Shown piece by piece: positions 35,134 to 46,365 of a stretch of 64,000 nucleotides of DNA. The notes beneath the pieces were generated by a model, which saw only the letters and a program-made list of their open reading frames with translations, searched no databases and was not told the origin of the DNA. The DNA is from Malacoraja senta (taxonomy: Eukaryota): NCBI GenBank assembly GCA_038087875.1, contig CM075977.1:338520001-338584000 (forward strand). The letters are read 5' to 3'. Positions within the stretch are counted from its first letter, which is position 1, and each line of letters opens with the position of its first letter. The position numbers and the translations under genes were made by a program.

Positions 35134-38100
35134 GCTGTTCCTAATGACTTGCACCCCAAGATCCCTCTGCATATCATTGCTCTCAAGGATCCTCCTGTTA
35201 CTGTGTACTTTCCTCTTGCATTTGATGTCCCAATATGCATCACCTTGCGCATCCAGATTGAATTCCATCTACCATTTCTCTGCCCAAATTTCCACCTGAT
35301 CTATATCTCTCTCTTTTTGACAACCTTCCTCACTATTCACAAGTCTACCAAGTTTTGTGTTGTCTACAAACTTACCTAGGATGATGGCTGTGGTCAGCAG
35401 CACTAATTGTTTAGCTGAATTTTGTTTTGTCATGCCTTAAAATGTAGCAGTAGTTAAACTTGTGGTCAGAGAACCCACTCTAGCCATATTCTTACCCATG
35501 CTTTTATCCTTGCAGGCCCAGAAAAGCTAAAGCATTGTGTCAAAGAAGGGAAGGATTACAAGAAATTCGGGAGGGATGTGAGCATCTCCAAGCAAAATGG
35601 TGAAAAGGGCTCTAGCTTCTCAACCCTACACATCACCATGCAGATTCTGATGTGGCAGGAAAGAGTGCAATCCCTTGCTTGTAGCAGTGCTGTTTTTTTT
35701 GGCTTGTCCTGGCATGGAGCAGCTGTAATGGAGAGGTCCCGTAAGCGCCCTGACTGACTCAACGGCTAGAATGTTGTTAGATTGCATTCCGGGATGAATA
35801 TTGCCACTTTTTCTCTGGCAAAGGCTTAAAAGCCAAGCAACGATGAGGAATATTGCTCAGATTTTAACATGTTTGCTTTTGGAAAGGCAAATACCCCAGG
35901 AGCATGCCAAGTAAATGCACAATTTGGGCTGTATCACCGATCATTTTGAACTATTTGTAATGTGGTGACTGTAACTTGCAAAAAAATGGAGTCACGGTCA
36001 ATGGTTTGTTTCCCTGACCATAGCAGTAAAGGAGTTTGTGACAAGTTGGAGGATATGGAAAATTGTGACATTGGTGGTCAGCTAACAACTGCAGTTGCAC
36101 ATCTTGTGTTGATGGGCAGCAGCAGCACTTAAAGTTTCCCACACTTCCCATTCCAACCCCAGAAATGGCATAAAACAGTTTTCTCCAGAGGTGCAGTAGG
36201 TACCATCTCCATTCCAGGTGCCAGGTACTATACATTGAATGGCAGTTCATCCAGTCAAACACCATATTCTTGATTTAAAAAAAATTGTAGACAAGCTATT
36301 CTACTAATGTTAAAAATGTAATGCGCCAAACAGAAGGACTAGTGAGTGTGCAATTGCTAAGCATCTCTGCTGTGATTTGTAGTATGATGTAGCACAACAA
36401 TGTGACCAGTTTATGGTTAACTGTTATTTGCTGCTTGCCTTCACATATCAATATGTTGCGAAAAAATGTTGTTCGTCTCTGTTGAATTACTGCAGCCAAA
36501 TGTTTACACTTTTTAAAGATTGAATAAACATTTTATTGTTGTAGCAAAGTACCTTTTAAATTTGCAATATTTTTACAATTTGATATTTAACCAGCAGAGC
36601 TCTCTTTGCTGCCATTTTGGCACCATCACAGCTTTACGGTTCACATTGAAATGATCTGTGTATAATATATTTTTGCTGAGCAATAATGGGAGGATCTAAA
36701 CTTGTCACTATTTTCAGTTTGTTCACTTTTTGAAGTTCAAAGCTTGTTTATAGTGTACTGTTGAATAAATGTTGATTTGGCTTTTGCATTGCCTCATCTT
36801 GTCTTTGTGGCTAACTTCATAAAGGAAACGGTCCATATAAATGGTTATGTTGCTGATTAGATTTCTGAAATGTGGCAATTAGTTGCTGAATTCCTTGGCT
36901 GGGAACTATCATCCAGGTGGTGGTGAGTCCATGGATATGGGCCATACATGTTGAGATCTCATTCCTTGGGTTTCTGCATGCCCGAGCCAAGTTATTATGC
37001 AAGGCCAAATTATTCAGAGCCCAGCACACAATCTTCCTTGATATCATTCATGGCATGTACTTCTGGCCAGCTGACTGCTTGAGGAACTTGGTTATGGTTC
37101 CTACCACAGTTTAGCAGCTCCCTGCCAATCTGAATTAGGAAATGCAAGTGTTTGGAGACATTAAAACTAACCAAACAATCTAATGGTCATATCCATTGAA
37201 AATATTTGAATACTCTGGAGTCTTGGGTTTAAATACATAAATTTGCACATGATCATTTTACTTTTGTGTAGTAGACTACATATGATGTTTCAACATTATC
37301 TTTGCATCCTCCAGGTACAGTGCACTAATACTTGGGACACTAATCTTTTGTAGGTGGTTCATTAGTTCCTACTGCTCATCTTTGTATATTTCAAAATGCT
37401 GCTACTGTTTTATATTTAAATAACTCAAGAGGAATGTCATTGGTACAGTTGTTGTTGATACTCTAGACACCAGATTAATGCAAGTAGAACAGTTAACTCT
37501 TAGAAGGGAGCTAAAATGGTAAAGAAGGCTTAGCCATGATAAAGGATGGGATAAAGGCAGCCGACGAGCAGATTGGGCATGCAAAATTGACCTAGAATCG
37601 GTTTTGGTGGCACCAAGGAGGATACAAAATACTAAAGGTAATGGAGGGCCTACTACAGTACAATGCAGAACATTGGAGATGTGAGTAATGGTAGAAGATG
37701 ACAATAATGGGGAAGTTTAATGTTTTTTATCAAATCTATATGTAAACTAGTCTGCAGGAGAAATTAATGGATTTTTGGTAAATTATATTGTATATTAATT
37801 TGTTGGTTTAAATGGAGTATTGTATAATGAAGAATAATTTATAATCTTATAATTTTAGGGCAGAATGATAGAATATTATATTGAATTAAACTCTTTAGTT
37901 CAATCCAAGACTAGAGGCATCCATCCAAACTAAACAAACTATTTTCCTATAGAGTTTGGAGAGACTATTGGACACTGCAAATGCTTGAATCCAGAGCAGA
38001 AAACAAGCTAGAGGAATTAAGCTGGTTAAATATACTGAGGCAAAGGGATGGTCGACGATTTGGATCAAGCCAAATGTAGGACCCCGACCTGAAATGTCAA

Positions 38101-38279
38101 CCATCCTTTTTGTCCTGTCAGATGCTCTTTGACCTGCCGCATTCCTCCAGCAGCTCATAGTTTGTTTTTTGCCTGTGTTTGTTATTGTAGATTAGGAAAC
38201 TACAATTTAAAAGTGTAACATAATAGATCAATACATAGTTTGCATCATATACATTGCTTTTAGGTTGTACAAATCCAAC

Positions 38280-39950
38280 AGAAAGAGTGGTCCTTGAATA
38301 AAAAGGAAAGTTATGGATCGTTAATAGATCAAAGGAAAAGTCTCATAATGTTGCCAATTAGATAGGTTGGAGGAATGGGCACATTTCAGAATTCAGCAAT
38401 TCTGAGCAAAGGCCAAGTAGAATAAGGAAGCAATGCAATAAGTTCTGAGGTTTTCTAAAGACGGGTAAAAAGGAAACGTTATTTTAAAAAAATAGAAGCA
38501 ATTAGAGGAATAAGGAAATAAAAGTTAGAAACATTTTGCCTGCCATCATAAAAGATGCAAAATACTTTCCAGAAATCATGTGTTCAAGTGGATGTGGAGC
38601 TGAAAGAAATTAGCATTAATATGGGTATGGTTTAAAGCTTATGGTTTAAAGCTTTGAGACGAAAGATTGGACGGATTTCAAAAATTGAGAACTTTATTTC
38701 TTAATATAGTTGATAAGTCAAGTAGAGTATGAAATGTGCACCAGAAAAATAAAGTACCAGTACAATAACATTCTTGCCAACAGCACAGACCCAAACACAC
38801 AGTTTTTTCAAGTTAGATTTAGCTCTTAGAGCTAAAGGAATCGATGGATATGGGGGAAAAGCCAGAACGGGGTACTGATTTTGATTATTGAATGGCTTTT
38901 ACCTGCACCTATTTTCTATGTTTAAATTGTACATAATTAACCAATTCTGAAAAAACTACAAAAAAACAAAACAATAGGGCAACACTTTGTTTTCTAAAAA
39001 CATGACCATTGTGGTACATCAATATAAAAAATGGTAGGAAGTGGGCACAGTGCAAGTAAAGGATTGGATTTGGTTATAGTTCTGAAAGGTGGATTATGTT
39101 GGATATTTTGTTTTGAAGCACCTAAGGGGTACCCAATTAATTTGGTATATATGACTTTTAAAATACCTTATTAAAGAACTATACAAGGTCACTAAACGAA
39201 ATTAGAACACAGGATTGGAGATGATATCTTGGTGAATATGAATTGGTTAACAGACTGAAAACAGCAAGAAAGTATGCTATTTTCTGCTTTGGTGCATGTG
39301 ACTGAGAGATGGCATCAAAATCTGTGCTGATAATGTCACTGATCTGTATGAGGGGACATGTTTGCTGATGGTGCAAAGCTCGGTGGCACAGAGTGAAGCA
39401 ATGCTTCGGGAGGATAAATGGGACATGAGAGCAGATTGAATATGATATGAAAACAGTTTGGTAGAATGATTATCAAATGGAGCGATATTAAAAGGTGATG
39501 ATATTAACGAATATGTGTGTTCTTGCAAATGAATAACAACAAACTTAATATGCAAGGTAGAGAGGGAAATTAAAAAAAAAAAACAGGCACTTGGTCTTTA
39601 CCATCTGAGTTTGAGGGTGAAAAATTGGGACATCTTTCGGAATTATGCAGGGCTCTGGTGAGACCACATTTGGACAATTGTGTACAGGTGGTGTCTTCCT
39701 ACTTAAGAATGCAGACACATGACATGGGTACAATGATGGTTCACAAAAATGACACCTAAGATGGATTGAGGAGATTAAACTAAATTGAGCCTTTATTTCC
39801 CCTTATTTAGAACAAAAGTTGAGCTTACTGAAACATACACAGTTCTTATTGGTCTTAATAGGGTAAATACCATAATGGTTTACCTTGGATGGGTATTTAG
39901 TACCAGGCGTCATAGACTGAAAGTAATGGATCAGCAGATTAAGGACTAAG
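38280..39950 (+). mobile_element. Highly decayed CR1 remnants, including a younger CR1 tail at ~38806-38922
   Basis: Residual motifs (tttgctgatg, gctctggtgagaccacatttgga, gagcttactgaaacata). Confidence 0.55.
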
Positions 39951-40145
39951 TGTAAATCAAGTGAAAGGCATCAGACGGCAAATTTAATCAGCAATTTTAT
40001 GCCAATCTGTTGTCCTAAGTTTCCAGAAATGTTTTGTCATTGTGTTTATTGTGTTTGTGAAGATAATTGTCTAATTTGATATTATATACTTCTAATTGAA
40101 AATAAACATTTATATGTTAAACTACTATTTTAATTATTTTTTTAG

Positions 40146-40400
40146 ACCTTCCTCAGAACTGTGATCGCAACATTCCTTTAGTTGCTCAGGAAATAATGAA
40201 AAGAATGATTCGTCAGTTTGCAATTGAATATATATCCCGAAGTAATCGTGTTCATGAAACTCAAACTGGATCAGCCGATGAATCTGTTTCTGTCCCAGAC
40301 GATCCTCCCGCCAACCGAACCCAGAACTCCTTTCACCAGGAGCAGGAGGGACCGTTAGACCTCACTGTGAATAAAAATCAACAAAAATGTTTCCAACAAG
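40146..40400 (+). CDS. LCORL: LCORL coding exon 5 (255 bp, phase 1-1): (D)LPQNCDRNIPLVAQEIMKRMIRQFAIEYISR...QEQEGPLDLTVNKNQQKCFQQ; contains CtBP-binding PLDLT motif (40352-40366)
   Basis: Poly-T tract then tttag|AC acceptor; CAAG|gtaatt donor. ORF track 40196..40447 overlaps it. LCOR/LCORL signature MxxMIxQFAxEY and PLDLT are present. Confidence 0.96.
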
Positions 40401-41605
40401 GTAATTACATTAATGGGGGGGAGATGTTTTTTTTAATTTGTGTGTGAGAGAAGTGGCACAGGTGTTTGAGATGCTCAATATGGAAATAGTTTAACATAAA
40501 GTTGCCTTTAAGTTAGCGTCTTGCCATTTGAAGTTTGATCTCAAAGCAGTCATAATTGATGTAATGGAAGTCGCTGCCTCAATCTTGTTCTGAGTAAATG
40601 CAAGGTCAAATTCTAGCCAATAAATTGACCGTTTGCTCATTGACCTGTATGCAGTTTTGGAAAGCATTCAAGTAACAAAGCCTTTAATAACAAAATCCTG
40701 TCACTTCTGGTCCCTCATTCTTAGCTCAAACAAGCCCTTGGGTCCAACAATTTCATACCAACTTCAAACAATATCTATACTAAGCAAATTTGCCAACGCA
40801 TGGTCCACAGCCTTCTTTGCCACAGTGATTCAAGTTCTCACTTAATTATTTTGCTATTGGGGTTAAAATGTCAGAGCAAGTGAAATGAGATTTACCATGT
40901 CTTGTTTAAAACTAGAGTGCATTTGAAACAGAGGCATGATAAAAAATATGAATAATTTTATTTCTCATTAAAATTATTTTGCACTTTAAATATAAAGGAA
41001 AATGATTTTTCATGTTGTATGACAGTCCATGAATGCATGAGGTATACAAAAACTACAAGGGACACACACAGGTTAGACAAAGGGAGCCTTTGAGTTTTTG
41101 GGTCAGGGATAAATGGTAATCTGAAGACATGCTTTATCCAGATAGTGCTTGGGATCTGGAATGCACCAAATGACTATGCAGTGGAGACAGAAACTCAACA
41201 AAATTTAAGTATGGGTAATTATAGTTTAAATGGATATGGTGGGCTGAAATATATCTTTCTATGCTCTGTGACTTAGTATAAGTTAAGAACAAGGGATCAG
41301 AAGCAACTTGACTTTTTTAAATTATAATTTCCCTGCTAAATTATCTTGACCACAAAATGGCCCTGATCACTTCTAAATAATGGTTAAAAAGCAAGAAAAT
41401 GTTAACAGAAAATGTGTAGACTGAAGAAAATGCCTCTTATTTTCGTCTTGAAGTTTTTGTAACACATACATAATAAAGGAGATATAAAGATTTAGAGAGT
41501 TGAAATAGATAAAAGGGGTGAACATAGTGGTACGTATACGCAGGCAGTGGGGACTTTGTGCAGGTAAGTTGCAGAAACGCAACTGAAGTTGTATATCACA
41601 AGATA

Positions 41606-43258
41606 CAGTGCCCTCCATAATGTTTGGGACAAAGACCCAACATTTATTTATTTGCCCCTGTACTCCACAATTTGAGATTTGTAATAGAAAAAATCACATG
41701 TGGTTAAAGTACACATTGTCAGATTTTAATAAAGGCCATTTTTATAGATTTTGGTTTCACCATGTAGAAATTACAGCAGTGTTTATTCATAGTCCCCCCA
41801 TTTCAGGGCACCATAATGTTTGGGACATATGGCTTCACAGGTGTTTGTAATTGCTCAGGTGTGTTTAATTGCCTCCTTAATGCAGGTATAAGAGAGCTCT
41901 CAGCACCTAGTCTTTCCTCCAGTCTTTCCATCACCTTTGGAAACTTTTATTGCTGTTTATCAACATGAGGACCAAAGTTGTGCCAATGTAAGTCAAAGGC
42001 CATTATGAGACTGAGAAACAAGAATAAAACTGTTAGAGACGTCAGCCAAACCTTAGGCTTACCAAAATCAATTGTTTGGAACTTCATTAAGAAGAAAGAG
42101 AGCACTGGTGAGCTTACTAATCGCAAAGGGACTGGCAGGCCAAGGAAGACCTCCACAGCTGAATACAGAAGCATTTTCTCTATAATAAAGAAAAATCCTC
42201 AAACACCTGTCCGACAGATCAGAAACACTCTTCAGTAGTCAGGTGTGGATTTGTCAATGACCACTGTCCGCAGAAGACTTCATGAACAGAAATACAGAGG
42301 CTGAACTGCAAGATGCAAACCACTGGTCAGCCACAAAAATAGGATGGCCAGATTACAGTTTGCCAAGAAGTACTTAAAAGAGCAACCACAGTTCTGGAAA
42401 AAGTTCTTGTGGACAGATGAGACGAAGATTAACTTATATCAGAGTGATGGCACGAGCAAAGTATGGAGGAGAGAAAGAACTGCCCAAGATCCAAAGCATA
42501 CCACTTCATCTGTGAAACATGATGTTTGGGATATTGTGCCATATTGCCTGGGCATGTATGGTTGCTGAAGGTACTGGCTCACGTATTGTCATTGATGATA
42601 CAACTGCTGATGGTAGTAGCATATGATTTCTGAAGTGTATAGACACATCCTATCTGCTCGAGTTTAAACAAATGCCTCAAAACTCATTGGCCGGCGGTTC
42701 ATTCTACAGCAACACAATGATCCAAAACATACTGCTAAAGCAGCAAAGGAGTTTTTCAAAGCGAAAAAATGGTCAATTCTTGAGTGGCCAAGTCAATCAC
42801 CCGATCTGAACCCAATTGAGCATGCCTTTTATATGCTGAAGAGAAAACTGAAGGGGACTAGCTCCCAAAACAAGCATAAACTAAACATGGCTGCAATACA
42901 GGCCTGGCAGAGCATCACCGGAGAAGATACCCAGCAACTAGTGATGTTTATGAATCGCAGACTTCAAGCAGTCATTGCATGCAAAGGATATGCAACTAAA
43001 TACTAAACATGACTACTTTCATTTACATGATATTGCTGTGTCCCAAACATTATGGTGCCCTGAAATGGGGGGACTATGTATAAACACTGCTGTAATTACA
43101 TGGCGAAACCAGAATGTATAAAAATGACATTTATTAAAATCTGACAATGTGCACTTTAACCACATATGATTTTTTTCTATTACAAATCTCAAATTGTGGA
43201 GTACAGAGGCAAATAAATAAATGATGGGTCTTTGTCCCAAACATTATGGAGGGCACTG
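41606..43258 (+). mobile_element. Full-length Tc1-like DNA transposon, IR/DR type (1653 bp)
   Basis: ~220-bp TIRs starting CAGTGCCCTCCATAATG. TA TSD at 41604-41605 and 43259-43260. 17-bp DR CCATAATGTTTGGGACA at both ends of each TIR. Confidence 0.97.
41965..43006 (+). pseudogene. Inactivated Tc1 transposase (paired-like HTH, GRPRK, DD34E)
   Basis: ORF pieces 41978..42238 and 42344..42568: GRPRKT, LWTDETKI, QQ(H)NDPKH, WPSQSPDLNPIE, ending GYATKY*. Several stops and frameshifts; the second catalytic D reads H. Confidence 0.93.
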
Positions 43259-43732
43259 TATAATAATCTAAAGTAGGAAACAGTAAGCTATTATTTGATT
43301 CAATGAAACATGCTAAGATTGTTGGTTAAAGGGGGCATTGTCATTGGACAAATGTCAGTGGTTTACATGAATAAATCCAGAGAATTAAGTTTGAATATCA
43401 CCATGGCAGGTGTAGAATTTAAATTTGAATAATTATATCTGGAATTAAGAAGTTGTTATTATTAACAACCATAAAACTGTTGGATAGTTATAAAAAACTA
43501 TGTTTCAGTTATATCCCACAGGAAGATAATTACGTACTTTGTGTGGTCGTTGTGCAACTCCAGATCCATTTAAAAAATGTTCTTAAGCAGTTTGGGTGGA
43601 TGAATAATACGTTCTAAGTGCTAGTAGCATGAATATGTTTTCAAAGAAACACATGGCAGTGGATCTACAGGGAAGAGTTTTGATCAAGAGTCCAGGTTGT
43701 AGACATTTTGAGGCATGGGGATAAGGACTTAG

Positions 43733-44025
43733 TGCGGCACAGTGGCGCAGCGGTAGAGTAGTTGCCTTACAGCTCCAGAGACCCGAGTTTGATCTTGACT
43801 ATGGAATTTCTATGTTCTCCATATGACCGTGTGGGTTTTCTCTAGGTGCTCCAGTTTCCTCCCACACTCCAAAGATGTACAGGTTTGTAGGTTAATTGGC
43901 TTCTGTAAAAAAAATGTAAGTTATCCCTAGTGTGTAGGGTAGTCCTAGTGGGGTGATTGCTGGTCAGTGTGGATTTGGTGGACAAATGGGTCTGTTTCCA
44001 CACTGTATCTGTAAAGTCTAACGTA
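43733..44025 (+). mobile_element. V-SINE/HE1-like SINE
   Basis: GTGGCGCAGCGGTAGAG A box, GAGTTTGATC B box, conserved core and tail. Confidence 0.85.
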
Positions 44026-45246
44026 AAGACTCCAGCGCCTTGATTGTGGGGATAATCATAGGGCAGGTAGTATTACAGATAGATGTGCTCAGTTAAAAAG
44101 ATCGTGTAGTCAGGCAGGTTGGGGGACCCAAGTGTAGTGCTGGAGGAGTCAATATTTTCAAATTAAAATCTGCATACAGCTATTATTCATCAGCTTGAAG
44201 ATTTTTGCTGTCTGTGTGCATGAAGGACTAAGATTGAAATGAAAGTACAGAATCTTGCAGTGGTAATCTCTAGATTGTTCTCATACACTTTTCTGTTCTT
44301 GTGACAGATAAGGCCAATAGTAGGTGCTTGGGAATGGCCAACCTAAAGGTACCACTCCAAGACACAAATCCTCTCACGAGAATATATTGATGCTCTTTCA
44401 TCATCACAAAGTCTAAATACTGAGATTTCTACCCAGCCACGAGGGAGTAAAGGGGTGGGTACACATGGAGAGAAAATGTAGCAGGATATTAAAGGATGAG
44501 CAAAGACTGTCAAAAGTGAAAAAATACTTTAAAACAATATAAAACATTTACATGATGCTTACCCAGGACCTTTACACCCATTCTTAAGATTCAGTGAATT
44601 GTACAAAGTGTGGAGACACACTTAGCACTTGAAACAAAGAGTTATGAACCTGCAGACCATAGGTGGAAGCCTAAGTCAGGCCTGATTTTGGTGTGTTGTT
44701 GGTGTACGAGCCATTCCTGTTTCGATTAACCTTTGCTGAGGATGCCAGTGATGAGGTTTACCTGTTGCTTATTTGTATGTGGATCAATGTAATAAATTGT
44801 GCAATAGTAAGATTTGGACAGGTCCTTAAAAGACGAAGATCCGTCTTGATGGGTCCTATCTGTTGAGCCCAGAGTATGAGCATCATTTTTCCAGGATTAA
44901 TAGAAAGTTCCATGCAGTGATTTAGTATATAGTAGGAAGATATGTTTATGGGGAAAGCTTATGGGGAGAGTGGAGTTGATTAGTTTGCATAGTTTTGATA
45001 GCTTCAAGTGTGTTTTGGAGATAATCAGGAATATTGGAGAGCCGTGCCTCGAGATGACACATTCTTGATGACAGTCAAGAACAACAGGAATTGCCACGTT
45101 AATGATTTATTGTAATGATTATTTTTCCTGCCAAGCCTTGAAGCTTCTTACAAAATAAAAGCCACAAAATTATGCAACCAGGCCATTAGATGTAGGATGA
45201 TGAGTCCTGGGGCCTCTGGTGCACGTCTCACTCTAAACTGTAAAAC

Positions 45247-45287
45247 GTAATACATTGTGATGTAATACATTGTAATGTGATACATTG
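45247..45287 (+). repeat. 15-bp minisatellite, ~2.7 copies (GTAATACATTGTGAT)
   Basis: Direct inspection. Confidence 0.75.
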
Positions 45288-46268
45288 GGTGAGTGTAGTG
45301 TTCTAGTTGGACATTCCTTGTATTAGGGGAAAAAAGGGATATAAAGTGGATTAATCAGGCATCTCCATACCCATGAATTTGTAATGGGAATCCCATTTTT
45401 TGTTTGGTGTTCTCCATTAAATACGTTTTACAATATAGCAGTTGCGTAGAAGTCCTGGTGATATAGTAGCTATTTTGAAAGATAGCAACACTGCCGTGCA
45501 CAAGTAGTAATGATTTAGAAATTCTGTATATTCATCTTTATATCATTTGTCTTTCCGAGATAGGAAACTGATTTTCATAGAACTTCCATACAATTTTTCT
45601 TCAAAGCGGATTGAAATTTGTTAATGCTATTTTAATGTCAGGCATTTCAATTTTTCACCAATATCATGAATGATTTGAGGTATTATGTTTGAAGTGTAAT
45701 GAATAATCCACATGAAGTCATTTGTGACTATGAATCAGGTGGATGATTCCTTTCTTGATCTGCACTTACACCATCCTTACTCTCTACATATTATTTAGTG
45801 CTTTAAAAAGTGTTCGGTCTAAAAATTGTCCTGATCAGAAAATAAGCCTCTTCCTGCCATCGAGAGATGCTGCCTGCCCTGCTAACTTACTGCAGCATCT
45901 GCAGTTCCTTGTGCCCCACCTTTTTCTATCAGGTAAAGAGTGAAAACCAGAGTTCAGTTTCTTCCATTTCATCTAGTGAGGCTGTACCTGTTTAAGATCC
46001 TCAGCTTTTAGGGTGATATTTAGTCCCCCATCTTCATTTTAATTTTATTTATAATTCAAAGATTTTTCTACTGTTTTTTAAATATTTCATGAAATTGACA
46101 GTTGCCATCCATAAAGATTATGGCTCTTCAGTATTTAACTGGAATTTCATCAGAAGATCCGAGTTGACAGGTTTTGGAATATAGTGGAAAGCAAAATGTA
46201 AATATTAGTGAAGGTTAAACATCTTAGTAGGCTTTTACTAAAGAAAAATTGAACCAACTTTCTGTTAG

Positions 46269-46365
46269 CAGATGGAGTTCTTGATCTGTCAACAAAGAAG
46301 AATAGTTTAGATTCCACACTTTCAACTGGATCTTGTCTGACATCAACCACTACCAAATTATCAGG
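46269..46365 (+). CDS. LCORL: LCORL coding exon 6 (97 bp, phase 1-2): (A)DGVLDLSTKKNSLDSTLSTGSCLTSTTTKLS(G); second CtBP motif VLDLS (46277-46291)
   Basis: tgttag|CAG acceptor (tandem NAGNAG) and GG|gtaagt donor. DGVLDLSTKK is conserved in LCOR/LCORL. Confidence 0.93.
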
